In this document: piece after piece, positions 49,936-60,178 of the stretch
How the letters are laid out: each line of letters starts with the position of its first letter
Position numbering within the stretch: position 1 is the first letter of the stretch
From: Patescibacteria group bacterium
GTDB taxonomy: Bacteria; Patescibacteriota; Microgenomatia; UBA10105; UBA927
DNA: 61,736 nt
Direction of reading: 5' to 3'
NCBI GenBank assembly: GCA_018821245.1
Contig: JAHJMO010000001.1
Location: 1 to 61,736 of the forward strand
Program-made: the position numbers and the translations under genes
The notes under the pieces: generated by a model
Database searches by the model: none
What the model was told of the DNA's origin: nothing
Seen by the model: the letters and a program-made list of their open reading frames with translations, nothing else

Positions 49936-50286
49936 TTACTTGAATATCGTCTGTATCTCGGTAAGCCCCAAAATTTTTCCGGCAAGTTGTACCGCCCAGT
50001 ACGCGACGAATATCACGATGAACCCCAGAATTCCATTGGTCAGGCGTTGCTTGCCGGCTTCGAGCTTCTTTGTGTCTCCGGCACTGGTCATGAGCCCAAA
50101 TCCGGCACTGATAACAACCAGAAGAAGGGCAAGTCCGGCAAATCCAAAGATGAGCGGGATGGCTTTATTGACAACATCAGCAACAGACGAAAACGAGAAT
50201 CCCTGGTATTCAGCAGGGTAGTTGATTGGAACAGGAGTCTCGTTAGGCCCCGGAAGCTTGATGGCTTGTGCTAATGAATTTTCCAT
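49936..50286 (-). CDS. VirB2/TrbC-like pilin
   Basis: AGFGLMTSAGDTKKLEAGKQRLTNGILG. Confidence 0.82.
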   Translation of the reverse strand: MENSLAQAIKLPGPNETPVPINYPAEYQGFSFSSVADVVNKAIPLIFGFAGLALLLVVISAGFGLMTSAGDTKKLEAGKQRLTNGILGFIVIFVAYWAVQLAGKILGLTEIQTIFK

Positions 50287-50292
50287 AAAGTT

Positions 50293-50928
50293 TTACCCAA
50301 AGCCGGGTATCTTAAAAATAGTATACCCTATGAGCCGCAAGAGAAAGAGAGAAAAGACGATAAGGAGGAGCCCCGATATCGCCGCACTGACAAGCTCTTT
50401 ACCGGCCGCAAGCTTCTCGGGGTTGCCTGCGCTCGTCATAATCTGGAACCCCCCAAAGATAATCAGAAGAAACGCAATGCCGCCTCCGAGCCCTACAGCA
50501 AGACTCAAAAATTTCGTTATGAATCCCTGGGGATCAGTCGGGATGCAGCCGATAGCGGTATTGACGCTTTTATTGTCTGCACAAAAAATATTATTGGTGG
50601 TAGTGGTAATATCGCATTTTTTAGTCTGCGGATTGCAAGTAAGCGTTGAACAACATGGGGCAGTAGAATCATTGGGATCACAAGAGGCATCAAGTTTGCC
50701 GCAATTTTGAGAAGTGATTTTTTCACATGATACCATAGATAGAGGACATATATCGTTGTCACAGTGCGGCTGATAACCAGTGTGACAATAATCTGTAACA
50801 ACATAACATTGGCCTTCCAAGGAATATGAACACTCATATGTTCCTTGGGCAAAAGCCGTTTTTGCGGTTGTTAGACAGACAATGGTCGTTATAGTAATAA
50901 AAAGGACGACTGTAGTAAGCTTTTTCAC
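50293..50928 (-). CDS. VirB2-like pilin with a Cys-rich N-terminal domain
   Basis: Signal peptide, Cys-rich domain, TAIGCIP and GGFQIMTSAGNPEKLAAGKE. Start is uncertain (GTG). Confidence 0.8.
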   Translation of the reverse strand: MKKLTTVVLFITITTIVCLTTAKTAFAQGTYECSYSLEGQCYVVTDYCHTGYQPHCDNDICPLSMVSCEKITSQNCGKLDASCDPNDSTAPCCSTLTCNPQTKKCDITTTTNNIFCADNKSVNTAIGCIPTDPQGFITKFLSLAVGLGGGIAFLLIIFGGFQIMTSAGNPEKLAAGKELVSAAISGLLLIVFSLFLLRLIGYTIFKIPGFG

Positions 50929-51003
50929 AATATAATCAAGTTTAGCAAAATTTTGACGCGAACGCACGTGGTAAAATGTGAGATAACAAGATATAAAGAT
51001 GTT

Positions 51004-52749
51004 ATGAGAAAAGTCCTACAACTGTTTTTGTTTTTCTTTATCTCGCTATATCTCGCTATCCTTATGCCTTTTTCGGTTTACGCGCAATCCTGCGATTCGT
51101 CCTGCGGCAATCTTGATGAGTGCAAGGCAAAAATTTCCAAATGCCGGGAAGCGTGGGATCAGATGGAGGCAGCCAAAAAGCCGCACGTGGATGCCTTGCG
51201 CAAAATGGAGGCTGATATCGCGGCATTTCAGAGCCGCATCAAGACAATTGAGTCGTCGGTCATCCGCAAGGCACAGGCTATTGCCGAAGGAGAAAAGGAA
51301 CTTTCGGGAATGCTGGACCTGGCAGGCAGAAGGATCCGCCAGTTTTATAAGCGCACCATGACGTATAACCCCTTGTTTTCTCTTCTTTCTTCTGTCAACG
51401 TCGGGTCGGTATTGCGGACTGTTGCCTATCAGCAGGCGGCAACAAATGAGGACAAAAAAATGATTATCCAGACGGCGATACTCGTGAAGGATCTTGAAGA
51501 CAGGAAAAAAATCCTTGAATCCGAGCGTACTTCACTTGCCTACCTCAAGGATGAGACCGACCGGCGTGCTGCGTCGGTACGCAAGCTTGTTGGGGAGGCG
51601 ACAGCATATCAGGGGAAGCTCACGAGCATTATTGGCAGTCTTACCGCTAAACAGCAATCGTTTTTGGCCCAAAAGCTTGCCGGTCTTAATCTTCCGACCA
51701 GTTTAGGCGCAGGGCCTTTATACTGCACCGACGACCGCAAGCTTAACCCCGGATTTTCTCCGGCGTTTGCGTTTTTTACCTTCGGCATCCCGCATAGGGT
51801 AGGGATGAACCAGTATGGTGCGCTTGGTAGGGCGCAGGCAGGGCGGCAGTCCTACCAGGATATTCTGCGCGCATATTTTAACGGGATTAGTTTTGAAAGC
51901 GGCAGGGAAGATATTAAAATTAAGATTCAGGGACATGGAGAGAGATCTTTAGATGAGTATTTGCTGGGAATTTATGAAATGCCGGAAAACTGGGACATGA
52001 ATGCTTTAAAAGCCCAGGCAGTGGCCGCCAGAAGTTACGCGCTTGCTTACACCAATAACGGCCAGGGGGAAATCTGTACGACTCAAGCTTGTCAGGTTTG
52101 GAAGCCGGATAAAAAGACCGGACAGTGGAAGCAGGCGGTGGAACAAACCAAAGGTGAAGTGATGGTCAACGGCGGGCAGGTGATCAAAGCCTGGTATTCG
52201 TCAACTGACGGCGGGTATACTTTTACCTCCGGTGATGTGTGGGGCGGGGATAAAGCCTGGACCAAAAGATTAAGAGATACAACAGGAGAAGTTAATAGTT
52301 TTGATCAACTCAAAGAGCGAGCTTATGATAAAGAAAGCCCTTGTTTTTATGCAGCACAAGGCTGGAGGAGTGAATACGGCAAGTCTGCATGGCTCAAAAA
52401 CGAAGAAGTAGCAGACATTGCCAACGTCATCCTTCTTGCACGCAAAGACTCCTCTGCCAGGGAGCATCTTTACCAACCAGATAAACCCAACCCGGCCGGA
52501 ACTGACACGTGGGACAGGGAAAAAGTCAAACAAGAACTTCGCGCGCGCGGCATCACTCCGTACAACAGTGTTTCCGATGTTTCGCCAACAGGAGTAGATT
52601 GGGGGGTGGGAAGGACGACACAAATAACCATTGCCGGGGACGCAGGGACGAACACCTTTGACGGTCCGGAATTTAAAGACTTTTTCAATTTACGTGCTCC
52701 CGCAAACATCCAAATCGTAGGTCCGTTGTTTAACGTTGAGAGGAAGTAG
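51004..52749 (+). CDS. SpoIID/LytB-domain peptidoglycan lytic protein with N-terminal coiled coil
   Basis: Signal peptide, coiled coil, HRVGMNQYGA, YLLGIYEMP, LKAQAVAARSY and CQV motifs. Confidence 0.88.
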   Translation: MRKVLQLFLFFFISLYLAILMPFSVYAQSCDSSCGNLDECKAKISKCREAWDQMEAAKKPHVDALRKMEADIAAFQSRIKTIESSVIRKAQAIAEGEKELSGMLDLAGRRIRQFYKRTMTYNPLFSLLSSVNVGSVLRTVAYQQAATNEDKKMIIQTAILVKDLEDRKKILESERTSLAYLKDETDRRAASVRKLVGEATAYQGKLTSIIGSLTAKQQSFLAQKLAGLNLPTSLGAGPLYCTDDRKLNPGFSPAFAFFTFGIPHRVGMNQYGALGRAQAGRQSYQDILRAYFNGISFESGREDIKIKIQGHGERSLDEYLLGIYEMPENWDMNALKAQAVAARSYALAYTNNGQGEICTTQACQVWKPDKKTGQWKQAVEQTKGEVMVNGGQVIKAWYSSTDGGYTFTSGDVWGGDKAWTKRLRDTTGEVNSFDQLKERAYDKESPCFYAAQGWRSEYGKSAWLKNEEVADIANVILLARKDSSAREHLYQPDKPNPAGTDTWDREKVKQELRARGITPYNSVSDVSPTGVDWGVGRTTQITIAGDAGTNTFDGPEFKDFFNLRAPANIQIVGPLFNVERK

Positions 52750-52794
52750 TATAATGGCAAAAAGCCGAAAGCGGCTGTTCGGAAAACAAAATTA

Positions 52795-53424
52795 ATGCCT
52801 ATCTTGTATCAACCGCCTAAACCAAACAAGCCTGCTCGCCAAAAAGGCGACACTCATGACGTGAGAATGGGGCCTTTGACGAGTTATATCGTGGGTCCAA
52901 CCGGCATACGATTTGAAACGCAGGAACAGGGAGAAAAAATCATTTTGTTCATGCGGCAGCATGTTATTTTTCTTGTTCCCACGATTTGTTTGGCTATACT
53001 TCTTGTTTTGGCTCCTTCCGTTCTCGTTCCCTTTATGCTGCGTTTTATGCATTTGCCCATCCGATTGCCGGTGGGCTATGTCATAGTAGGGACGCTATTT
53101 TGGTATGTGGTTACGTTTGGAGTGGTGCTCATACGCTTTCTCCGGTGGTTTTTTAACATATATATTGTCACAGACAAGCGCGTCGTTGATATTGACTTCG
53201 TACACCTTCTGTATAAAGAATTTTCTGAAGCGAAGTTATCTAAAATCCAGGACATGACATTCAAAACAGGCGGGTTTTTCTCGACGATTTTCAACTACGG
53301 AAACGTTGTTATTCAGACGGCCGGAGAGCTTCCGAATTTTGATTTTGAAAGCGTACCGAACCCTGAGAAAGTAGTGCAGACCATAAGCGGGCTTATACAC
53401 AAATCGACATCGTCGACAATATGA
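52795..53424 (+). CDS. Bacterial PH-domain membrane protein
   Basis: Two TM helices, YIVTDKRVVD, IQD and NYGNVVIQTAG motifs. Confidence 0.8.
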   Translation: MPILYQPPKPNKPARQKGDTHDVRMGPLTSYIVGPTGIRFETQEQGEKIILFMRQHVIFLVPTICLAILLVLAPSVLVPFMLRFMHLPIRLPVGYVIVGTLFWYVVTFGVVLIRFLRWFFNIYIVTDKRVVDIDFVHLLYKEFSEAKLSKIQDMTFKTGGFFSTIFNYGNVVIQTAGELPNFDFESVPNPEKVVQTISGLIHKSTSSTI

Positions 53425-53633
53425 CACCTTCAGCCATAGTTTTATTGGTTTTAAAAATATGCAGCCTCATGGGGTTGGGGCTCTACTGCATTTTCGCCGC
53501 GATCATCGTACGACAGGAACAGCTCATGGCACACGTCCTTGAGGAAGCATTCGAACCGGTGTTAAAGCTTCTGACCATTATCCATCTTATTGCTTCTTTG
53601 GGAACGTTCTTTTTGGCAATTATTCTTCTCTAA
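53421..53633 (+). CDS. Small 2-TM membrane protein
   Basis: ATGA overlap with the upstream gene; YCIFAAIIVRQ..LM. Confidence 0.65.
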   Translation: MTPSAIVLLVLKICSLMGLGLYCIFAAIIVRQEQLMAHVLEEAFEPVLKLLTIIHLIASLGTFFLAIILL

Positions 53634-53660
53634 AAGCTTTTCTGCTACTATTATAAGAGT

Positions 53661-55481
53661 ATGCGGATGAAACCTGCGGTATCGTCGGTCGTTGGTATGA
53701 CGAGCCCTACGCATTGGGGGCAAGTACTGCAGTTGCCGGCCGCGTATGGCGTGGTAGAGGTGGAAGTGGCGGACGCTATTGCCCGGCAACGCGGCATCGA
53801 CGTCCTTATGCAACTGACGCGATATTTGACTGATCCCCCGACAAGCCTGCAAGGGCTGGAGGACATAGCAGATGACGTGATGGACGGGGACATAAAGACT
53901 CTTCTGATGCTTGTTCCGGTCGGAGACGTTGTCTACCTTGTGCTTCGTGGTGAAGGAGCGGTGTATATCAAGCGCGAAAACCAATTGGCCAAACTTATGG
54001 ACGCACCCGGCGCAATTTCGGGGAAAGTCCAAAAAGGAGACACGATTCTTTTGTCTTCATACGGATTTGTACGCGCGATATCCGGGGATGAATTGGCGCA
54101 AACATTTGACCACCTTTCTGCTCCCGAGGTCGCCGAAAAGCTTACGATATGCCTGCATGAGAAAGACGGTCAAGAGGGCGGAGCCGCACTTATTTTTCAG
54201 GTAGTGGATTATGTTTCTGATGGGGGGGAGTCTATCGGGAGAGAGTCCGAAGTTGTGCAATCCATCGCACAGAAGACGTTTTGGCATAATAAATCTTTTC
54301 GAACCGCGATGTCTAACGTTTTGCCTTTATCAGTGCGAAATAAATTAAGGCTACTGCGTCACGTTCGCTTAAATACAGCAACAATAATTGCTTTGTTTGT
54401 GATCTGCTTTTTTTTGCTGAGTGTTGGCCTGGGTATACGAAGGAAGATAGGAAGGACGAAAAATCAAGCGATCACAAGTGCCGTGACCCAGGCACAACAT
54501 GCTTTTGATGAGGGCATGGCTCTTTTAGATCTCAATCCCGTTAAAGGGAGGGAACGGTTAAAGCAGGCCAAGGATGTCCTGGATCCGATTGTTGGGTCAA
54601 TTGTTCCACGATCGGCCGAAGGGAGACAAGTTGCCGTCATTTACCGCCAGATAACGGATGCTCTGACGCAAGCCATGCACGTGACGCAACAAGAGCCGCA
54701 ATTATATTTTGACGTGAGCTTGCTGAAGAAAGGGGCACAGGCGTCTGCACTATCGATTTCAGGTGACAAAATCGGCATACTTGATAGTTCGGGGCAGGCG
54801 GTGTATTCTGTAGATTTTTCTTCAAAGAAGGGACAGGTAGCGGGAGGAGGCGCTGGGTTTGGCGTGGCATCGGCAGTTGCCGCGTACGGAGACAAAATAT
54901 ATACGCTGACAGACAGCGGCATACATGAAACGCGGACATCCGATAATAAAACGACTCAATCAGTTATCCCTAAAGACAGTCAATGGGGTTCGATTACAGG
55001 CATGGTGGCGTATGGAGGAAACTTGTATTTATTGGATACGCAAAAGGGGAGGATTTGGAAATATGTGTCTGCAGATAAAACTCCTCATGGATTTTCCGAA
55101 TTGCGTGAGTACCTCAACCCTGATACATTGCCGGATTTTTCCCAGGCAACCGGCATGGCGATTGACGGAACGGTGTGGGTGGGAACGCGTTTGGGGAAAC
55201 TCCTGCGTTTTATACAAGGAAAAGAAAGCACCTTCGCGCCTGAAGGGGTAGAGCCGGCGTTAGGAACCAACCTTTTCGTATACACGTCAGATGACGTAAA
55301 GAATCTCTATGTATTAGATTCACAGAATAAGCGCGTGGTTGTATTGGATAAAGACGGTAATTATCTTGCGCAGTACGTATGGGAGAGCAACATGAATCCG
55401 GATCAAATCGTGGTTTCCGAAGCAAAGAAGCTGATACTGCTTTTGGCAGAAGGGAAGATTTATTCAATTGACCTTCAATAA
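53661..55481 (+). CDS. Membrane protein with degenerate PP2C-like N-domain, TM helix and C-terminal beta-propeller
   Basis: SGKVQKGDTILLSSYG, a central TM helix, and NLYLLD / AIDGTVWV / LYVLD blades. Confidence 0.6.
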   Translation: MRMKPAVSSVVGMTSPTHWGQVLQLPAAYGVVEVEVADAIARQRGIDVLMQLTRYLTDPPTSLQGLEDIADDVMDGDIKTLLMLVPVGDVVYLVLRGEGAVYIKRENQLAKLMDAPGAISGKVQKGDTILLSSYGFVRAISGDELAQTFDHLSAPEVAEKLTICLHEKDGQEGGAALIFQVVDYVSDGGESIGRESEVVQSIAQKTFWHNKSFRTAMSNVLPLSVRNKLRLLRHVRLNTATIIALFVICFFLLSVGLGIRRKIGRTKNQAITSAVTQAQHAFDEGMALLDLNPVKGRERLKQAKDVLDPIVGSIVPRSAEGRQVAVIYRQITDALTQAMHVTQQEPQLYFDVSLLKKGAQASALSISGDKIGILDSSGQAVYSVDFSSKKGQVAGGGAGFGVASAVAAYGDKIYTLTDSGIHETRTSDNKTTQSVIPKDSQWGSITGMVAYGGNLYLLDTQKGRIWKYVSADKTPHGFSELREYLNPDTLPDFSQATGMAIDGTVWVGTRLGKLLRFIQGKESTFAPEGVEPALGTNLFVYTSDDVKNLYVLDSQNKRVVVLDKDGNYLAQYVWESNMNPDQIVVSEAKKLILLLAEGKIYSIDLQ

Positions 55482-55494
55482 AAAATAGTCATGT

Positions 55495-55938
55495 ATGAAG
55501 ATTATCAATCGTAAAGCATTTTTTGACTACACCATCACGGATCGGTTTGAAGCCGGTATCCAACTGACCGGCGCGGAGGTCAAGTCCGTCCGTGGCGGAC
55601 ACGGGAAGCTGGAAGGGTCGTTTGTGCGCATAATCGGCTCCGAAGCGTATCTTATAAACGCACAGATTTTTCCATATATTTATGCCCGACTGGAGGGGTA
55701 TGATCCTAAGCGGACCAGGAAGCTTCTTCTGCACAAAAAAGAGATTGTCAGTCTCAAAAGCAAGATCGAGGGCGCTAATTTAACTTTAATTCCGCTTTCA
55801 TGGTATAATAGTGGCCCTCTGATTAAGCTTGAAGTTGGTCTTGCGCGCGGCAAAAAGAAGTATGAGAAAAGGGAAGCAATCAAGCGGGAAGACCAAAAAA
55901 GAGAATTAGAGCAGGAATTTAGGGGGAAGATAAAATAA
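55495..55938 (+). CDS. smpB: SsrA-binding protein
   Basis: NRKAFFDY, EAGIQLTGAEVKS, RKLLLHKKEI and GKKKYEKRE motifs. Confidence 0.98.
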   Translation: MKIINRKAFFDYTITDRFEAGIQLTGAEVKSVRGGHGKLEGSFVRIIGSEAYLINAQIFPYIYARLEGYDPKRTRKLLLHKKEIVSLKSKIEGANLTLIPLSWYNSGPLIKLEVGLARGKKKYEKREAIKREDQKRELEQEFRGKIK

Positions 55939-55965
55939 GGACGTAATCCCGCTAAGCGGGATAAC

Positions 55966-56366
55966 GGGGACGAATTGCTTCGACAGTTAGCGGCTCTTTA
56001 ACACGGCAGGCCGACTTTGATAAACAGTCGTTAAACATTTATCAAATTCATAACTGCTGATGAACAATCAGAGTTAGCTAAATGGGCGCCTAAGTGGCAA
56101 GAGGCATTTGCCGCAAGGCAGCTTCAAGTAGCTTACGCCTAAATAGCCATCTCCAGGTTAGTTTTCTCGGTGACGTCCTGGAGGTGTAAACCCAGCCGGG
56201 ATGCAGTTATTTAGGTTTGACGTTCCTTAATAACAAAGACTAATACGTCTTGATCCCGCCGTTCTTGTCAATTCGGATTAGGCGGGATGACAAACATAGA
56301 TTGACTAAGCCTGTAGAAGTGTTAAAAGTTGCTTTCTGGACGAGAGTTCATCACTCTCCGTCTCCA
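55966..56366 (+). ncRNA. ssrA: tmRNA
   Basis: 5' GGGGACG pairs with 3' CGTCTCC-A (G3:U pair). T-arm GAGAG-TTCATCA-CTCTC. Tag frame 56056-56142 after ATAACT. Directly after smpB. Confidence 0.93.
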
Positions 56367-56372
56367 CACTTC

Positions 56373-56394
56373 GCCCTGATTTAACAATCGGGGC
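56373..56394 (+). terminator. Hairpin after tmRNA
   Basis: GCCCTGATT-TAAC-AATCGGGGC; the U-tract is weak. Confidence 0.4.
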
Positions 56395-56444
56395 TTCGCG
56401 TGGTAAACCACAGCTTGATAGAAAATTAACGTTGATGTTTTCCT

Positions 56445-57125
56445 ATGCAGTTGTTGGATCTTTTTTTCCCTAAACGCTGTATTGGGTGCGGCAAAATCGG
56501 CAGGTACTTTTGTGAGCGATGCAAATTGCGTATTCGTGTCATTGGAGAAAGAGAAGCCATTTGTCCTGTTTGTGAAAAACCCGCAATCGGAGGCGCGATA
56601 CACCCACGATGCAAAAGCCGGTATTCTATTGACGGTCTGACCAGCTTTTTCCGTTATGACGGGCCGGTACGGAAAGCGATCAAGACTGTAAAATATCGTC
56701 TGGTTTCTGATTTAGTTTTCGAATTTATTGATCTTATCCCGCAATTCGCAATTAGACAATTAGATAATTCGCAATTATTGGTTCCCATTCCTCTTCACTC
56801 TTCTCGTCTTCGCGAGCGCGGCTTTAATCAAGCGGCAATATTGGGTAAATTAATTGCAGACAAAATAAATATTCCGCTTAGAACCGATATTCTTAAACGG
56901 GTCAGAAAAACTACCCCACAGGTAGAGATGAAAAAACGAGACGATAGGTTAAAGAATATGGGAAATGTATTTGTCGTGAACAATATAGCGATTCAACAAT
57001 ATAACAATTCAGCAATTTTTCTGTTTGACGATGTCTTTACTACCGGGGCCACCATGCGCGCTGCTGCCAATATTTTAAAGAGGTCTGGTGTAAAATTTGT
57101 TTGGGGAGTTACAATCGCACGGTAA
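56445..57125 (+). CDS. comF: ComF family protein
   Basis: FPKRCIGC..CERC..CPVC, RERGFNQA and DDVFTTGAT motifs. Confidence 0.92.
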   Translation: MQLLDLFFPKRCIGCGKIGRYFCERCKLRIRVIGEREAICPVCEKPAIGGAIHPRCKSRYSIDGLTSFFRYDGPVRKAIKTVKYRLVSDLVFEFIDLIPQFAIRQLDNSQLLVPIPLHSSRLRERGFNQAAILGKLIADKINIPLRTDILKRVRKTTPQVEMKKRDDRLKNMGNVFVVNNIAIQQYNNSAIFLFDDVFTTGATMRAAANILKRSGVKFVWGVTIAR

Positions 57126-57151
57126 TTGTATTAGCATGTTAACACGTTAAT

Positions 57152-57784
57152 ATGATTAATAAATTAGCAATTGTTGCCGGTGGGAAATTGTCAAAAAAGT
57201 TTCTGCCGGAAATGAAAAGAGCAGATTATAGTATCGGCGTAGACCATGGTGCGTATTGGCTAATCAAAAACAATATCCGTCCTGATGTATCTCTGGGAGA
57301 TTTTGATTCTGTCACAGAAGAAGAATTGAGATGCATTAAACAACAATCAAAAAAGATAATTGTTTGTGCCAAAGAAAAAAACGAAACAGATTTAGAGATT
57401 GCTGTGGGAGAGGCAATGAGCATTCATCCACAGAAGGTAGTTATTTATGGCGCAACAGGTGTGCGTCTGGATCACACAATTGCCGCAGTTAATTTATTGG
57501 GGAAATTTTTAGCGAATAAAATACCGGCGAAAATCGTTGATGAACACAACGAAATATCCCTCATGAACACAAAACAAATACTACCAAAAGGTAAGCATAA
57601 ATATTTTTCAATTTTTGCCTATACCAAAAAGGCAGTTGTAACATTAAAACAGTTTAAATATCCGGTTTCACAAAAAACTTTTTTTCGAGAATCAAGCTTA
57701 GGAGTCAGCAACGAAATTCAAAGCCAAAAAGGAGAAGTAATTATTCACAGCGGAAAAGTATTGGTGATAAAAAGTAAAGATTAA
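57152..57784 (+). CDS. thiN: Thiamine pyrophosphokinase
   Basis: GVDHGA, GDFDS, KNETD, GVRLDH and GVSNE motifs. Confidence 0.93.
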   Translation: MINKLAIVAGGKLSKKFLPEMKRADYSIGVDHGAYWLIKNNIRPDVSLGDFDSVTEEELRCIKQQSKKIIVCAKEKNETDLEIAVGEAMSIHPQKVVIYGATGVRLDHTIAAVNLLGKFLANKIPAKIVDEHNEISLMNTKQILPKGKHKYFSIFAYTKKAVVTLKQFKYPVSQKTFFRESSLGVSNEIQSQKGEVIIHSGKVLVIKSKD

Positions 57785-57809
57785 TAGAAATTCAATTATG
57801 CCAAAATAT

Positions 57810-58994
57810 TCACGTAGCAAGGCCGTGCTTTTGAGCAAACTTATCTATCCTATCGAAGGCCTCGTGAATCACCTTGGCGTCTGCGGCAAAGGACATCCTA
57901 AGATGATTTTTCCCAGCCGGGCCCATGCTGTCGCCAGGAATCGTAATCACTTTTGCTTCATCAACTAACATCTTGGCAAAATCAAGAGCCGGCATGTCAA
58001 AACCGATTATTTTCGGAAAAACATAATAAGCCCCATCGGGCCTGGAAAAAGAAAATAGTTTTGGTAGTTTCTCTAATCTCTCGCAAATTGCCTGTCTTGA
58101 TTCGGCGAACTTTATTTTAAAATGATTAATCGTTTCTTCACCTATCGGATCGGACAAAGCGGCAATAGAGGCAACGATAGACGGCGTTGACGGACTGATG
58201 CTGAAATAGACGTGAACATCATTGATCTTGGCGATAATCTCCGGGTTGGCGTAAACATAGCCGATTCTCCAACCGGTCATGGCAAACTCTTTGGAAAAGC
58301 TTTTGCAGACAATGAGATTGTTTCTTAATTTCGGAATCTGCATCGGACTGAATAAATCTTTGCCATAAGTTAAAAAGTCGTAGGCCTCATCAAGAACAAG
58401 GATTAAGTTGTTTTTCAAGATAATGTCTGACAATCTCCTAACTTCTGCCTCGTTCAAAACCGTTCCGGTCGGGTTATTCGGATTGGTTAGAATAACCATT
58501 TTCGTTTTGGAGGTAATCGCTTTTTCCAGTTTCTCTAAATCAATGGACCAATTGTTATTTTCATTGTAAGAAACGAAAGCTGGTGTTGCCTGGGCTAAAT
58601 GAATCTGCGAAAGATGAAGGGGGTAGCTTGGGTCAAAGTAGATGACTTCGTCGTCTTTCTCCAGAAAAGCCATGATGGCTGAAAATAATCCTCCGATTCC
58701 GCCCACGGTGAGATAAATCTCTTCTAATTTCGGGGTAAATCCGTGTTTTCTCTCAATTTTCTGGATTATCAGAGTTTTCAGTTCGTTCTCAATCTTGGGT
58801 AAAGAATACTGGCCGATTGTCGGATCCATTTTTGACCTCTCATAAAGATAATCATAGATAAACTGAGGCGTGGGGAAAAGCGGTGTCCCCTGGCCTAATG
58901 AAACCACCTCCGGATATTTGGCCGCATACCGCATCATCGCGCCGATGCCGGCGTTAGGAACGTTTTGCGCTCGCTGACTAAATTTGTATTCCAT
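57810..58994 (-). CDS. PLP-dependent aminotransferase class I/II
   Basis: NPNNPTG, DEAY and SFSKEFAMTGWRIG motifs. Confidence 0.93.
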   Translation of the reverse strand: MEYKFSQRAQNVPNAGIGAMMRYAAKYPEVVSLGQGTPLFPTPQFIYDYLYERSKMDPTIGQYSLPKIENELKTLIIQKIERKHGFTPKLEEIYLTVGGIGGLFSAIMAFLEKDDEVIYFDPSYPLHLSQIHLAQATPAFVSYNENNNWSIDLEKLEKAITSKTKMVILTNPNNPTGTVLNEAEVRRLSDIILKNNLILVLDEAYDFLTYGKDLFSPMQIPKLRNNLIVCKSFSKEFAMTGWRIGYVYANPEIIAKINDVHVYFSISPSTPSIVASIAALSDPIGEETINHFKIKFAESRQAICERLEKLPKLFSFSRPDGAYYVFPKIIGFDMPALDFAKMLVDEAKVITIPGDSMGPAGKNHLRMSFAADAKVIHEAFDRIDKFAQKHGLAT

Positions 58995-59057
58995 TAATTT
59001 ATCCTACCCAAAAAGCGCCTTTCTGGCGACTTTTGAAACCTCTCGGTCTCTCGATCC

Positions 59058-59089
59058 TTCGGCAAGCTCAGGATGGTGAACTTGTCGAA
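59058..59089. repeat. REP-like palindrome
   Basis: TTCGGCAAGCTCA-GGATGG-TGAACTTGTCGAA: 13-bp arms with 2 mismatches, intergenic. Confidence 0.65.
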
Positions 59090-59197
59090 TCCACAAGTTT
59101 TTCCAGACCAAACTATGCGACCCTTCCTTATTGCACTTTTTCAGTTACTATCATATCATGGAAATATGGCATAGTCGATATAGAAAATAGATACAAA

Positions 59198-60178
59198 ATG
59201 GCGAAACGTGTGCAAACGTAATACTTCCTACGGATTGATGCGGCAAGCAAGCTACATCCCAATCAACTCGCCGCTCTCTTTGATATCGTCCCAAGAAGCT
59301 ATCGAGATTGGCGTCGGGGAAAATTCGCTATTCCGCAAATAGTTATTGATGTAGCCGAAAAACAGTTTCACATACCCTTTCCAAATTCAAAAAATGCAGC
59401 GCTTATGCACTGGAGGAAGTCAAAAATTGCTGTATCCAGACGCGGCGGCATGGCTGTAATGAAAAAATACGGAGGCCCTGGAACGCCGGAAGGCAGGAGC
59501 AAAGGAGGAAAACGGGGCATGCAGGTATTACGAGAGCGAAGACTAATTCCGCAACCGAAGCCATTCTTCGCTCCTCAGGGACATTCTGCAGAACTCGCTG
59601 AATTTGTGGGCATACTCCTCGGTGATGGGTACATTGGAAAAGGGCAATGGTCAATCACGCTCAATGCAAAAGCAGATAAGACGTATGCCAAGTTTGTCTA
59701 TGAACTTACGCAACGACTATTTCACTTCAAACCTGCTAAATATATCCGGCATGATTGCCATGTCATTGTCATCAGCGGCAGTGGGGTTCGATCCATTCAG
59801 TACTTCATCAGTCTTGGTCTCAAAATCGGCAACAAAGTGAAACAACAAGTTGATGTCCCCAAATGGATAGAGGAGAATCTGTCTCACAGTCTTTCTTGTC
59901 TGCGTGGCCTCGTTGACACCGATGGAGGAATATTCACTCACACATATCGAGTTAATGGCAAGATGTATTCTTATCGGAAGCTTGCGTTCGTCAATAGGTC
60001 TATGCCTTTGTTGCAATTTGCGAGTAACACATTAAAATCCCTGGGCTTCACGCCGAAAATAATAAATAAAGTAGCAAATAAACGCGTTTGGCTTTATAAT
60101 CAACAAGAAGTAAAACGATATCTTGAGGTTGTGGGCTCGCACAATCCTCGCGTTTTTCATGAAGGAGGAGTCCGATAG
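59198..60178 (+). pseudogene. LAGLIDADG endonuclease-like gene with HTH-like N-region, interrupted by an in-frame TAA at 59219; 59405-60178 is intact
   Basis: LAEFVGILLGDG and CLRGLVDTDG motifs. The frame is open from 59222 and ATG 59198 is in frame. Confidence 0.65.

Noticed and set aside
51004-52749. Evidence for sporulation
   Set aside because: SpoIID/LytB domains are widespread peptidoglycan lytic domains, and no other sporulation genes are present.
59033-59221. 62-aa ORF MKPLGLSILRQAQDGELVES...
   Set aside because: It is mostly translation through a REP-like palindrome; only the last 7 codons plausibly belong to the LAGLIDADG gene.
59219-59221. Stop-codon reassignment explaining the in-frame stop
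   Set aside because: The stop is TAA, and TAA, TAG and TGA all terminate conserved genes normally in this window.
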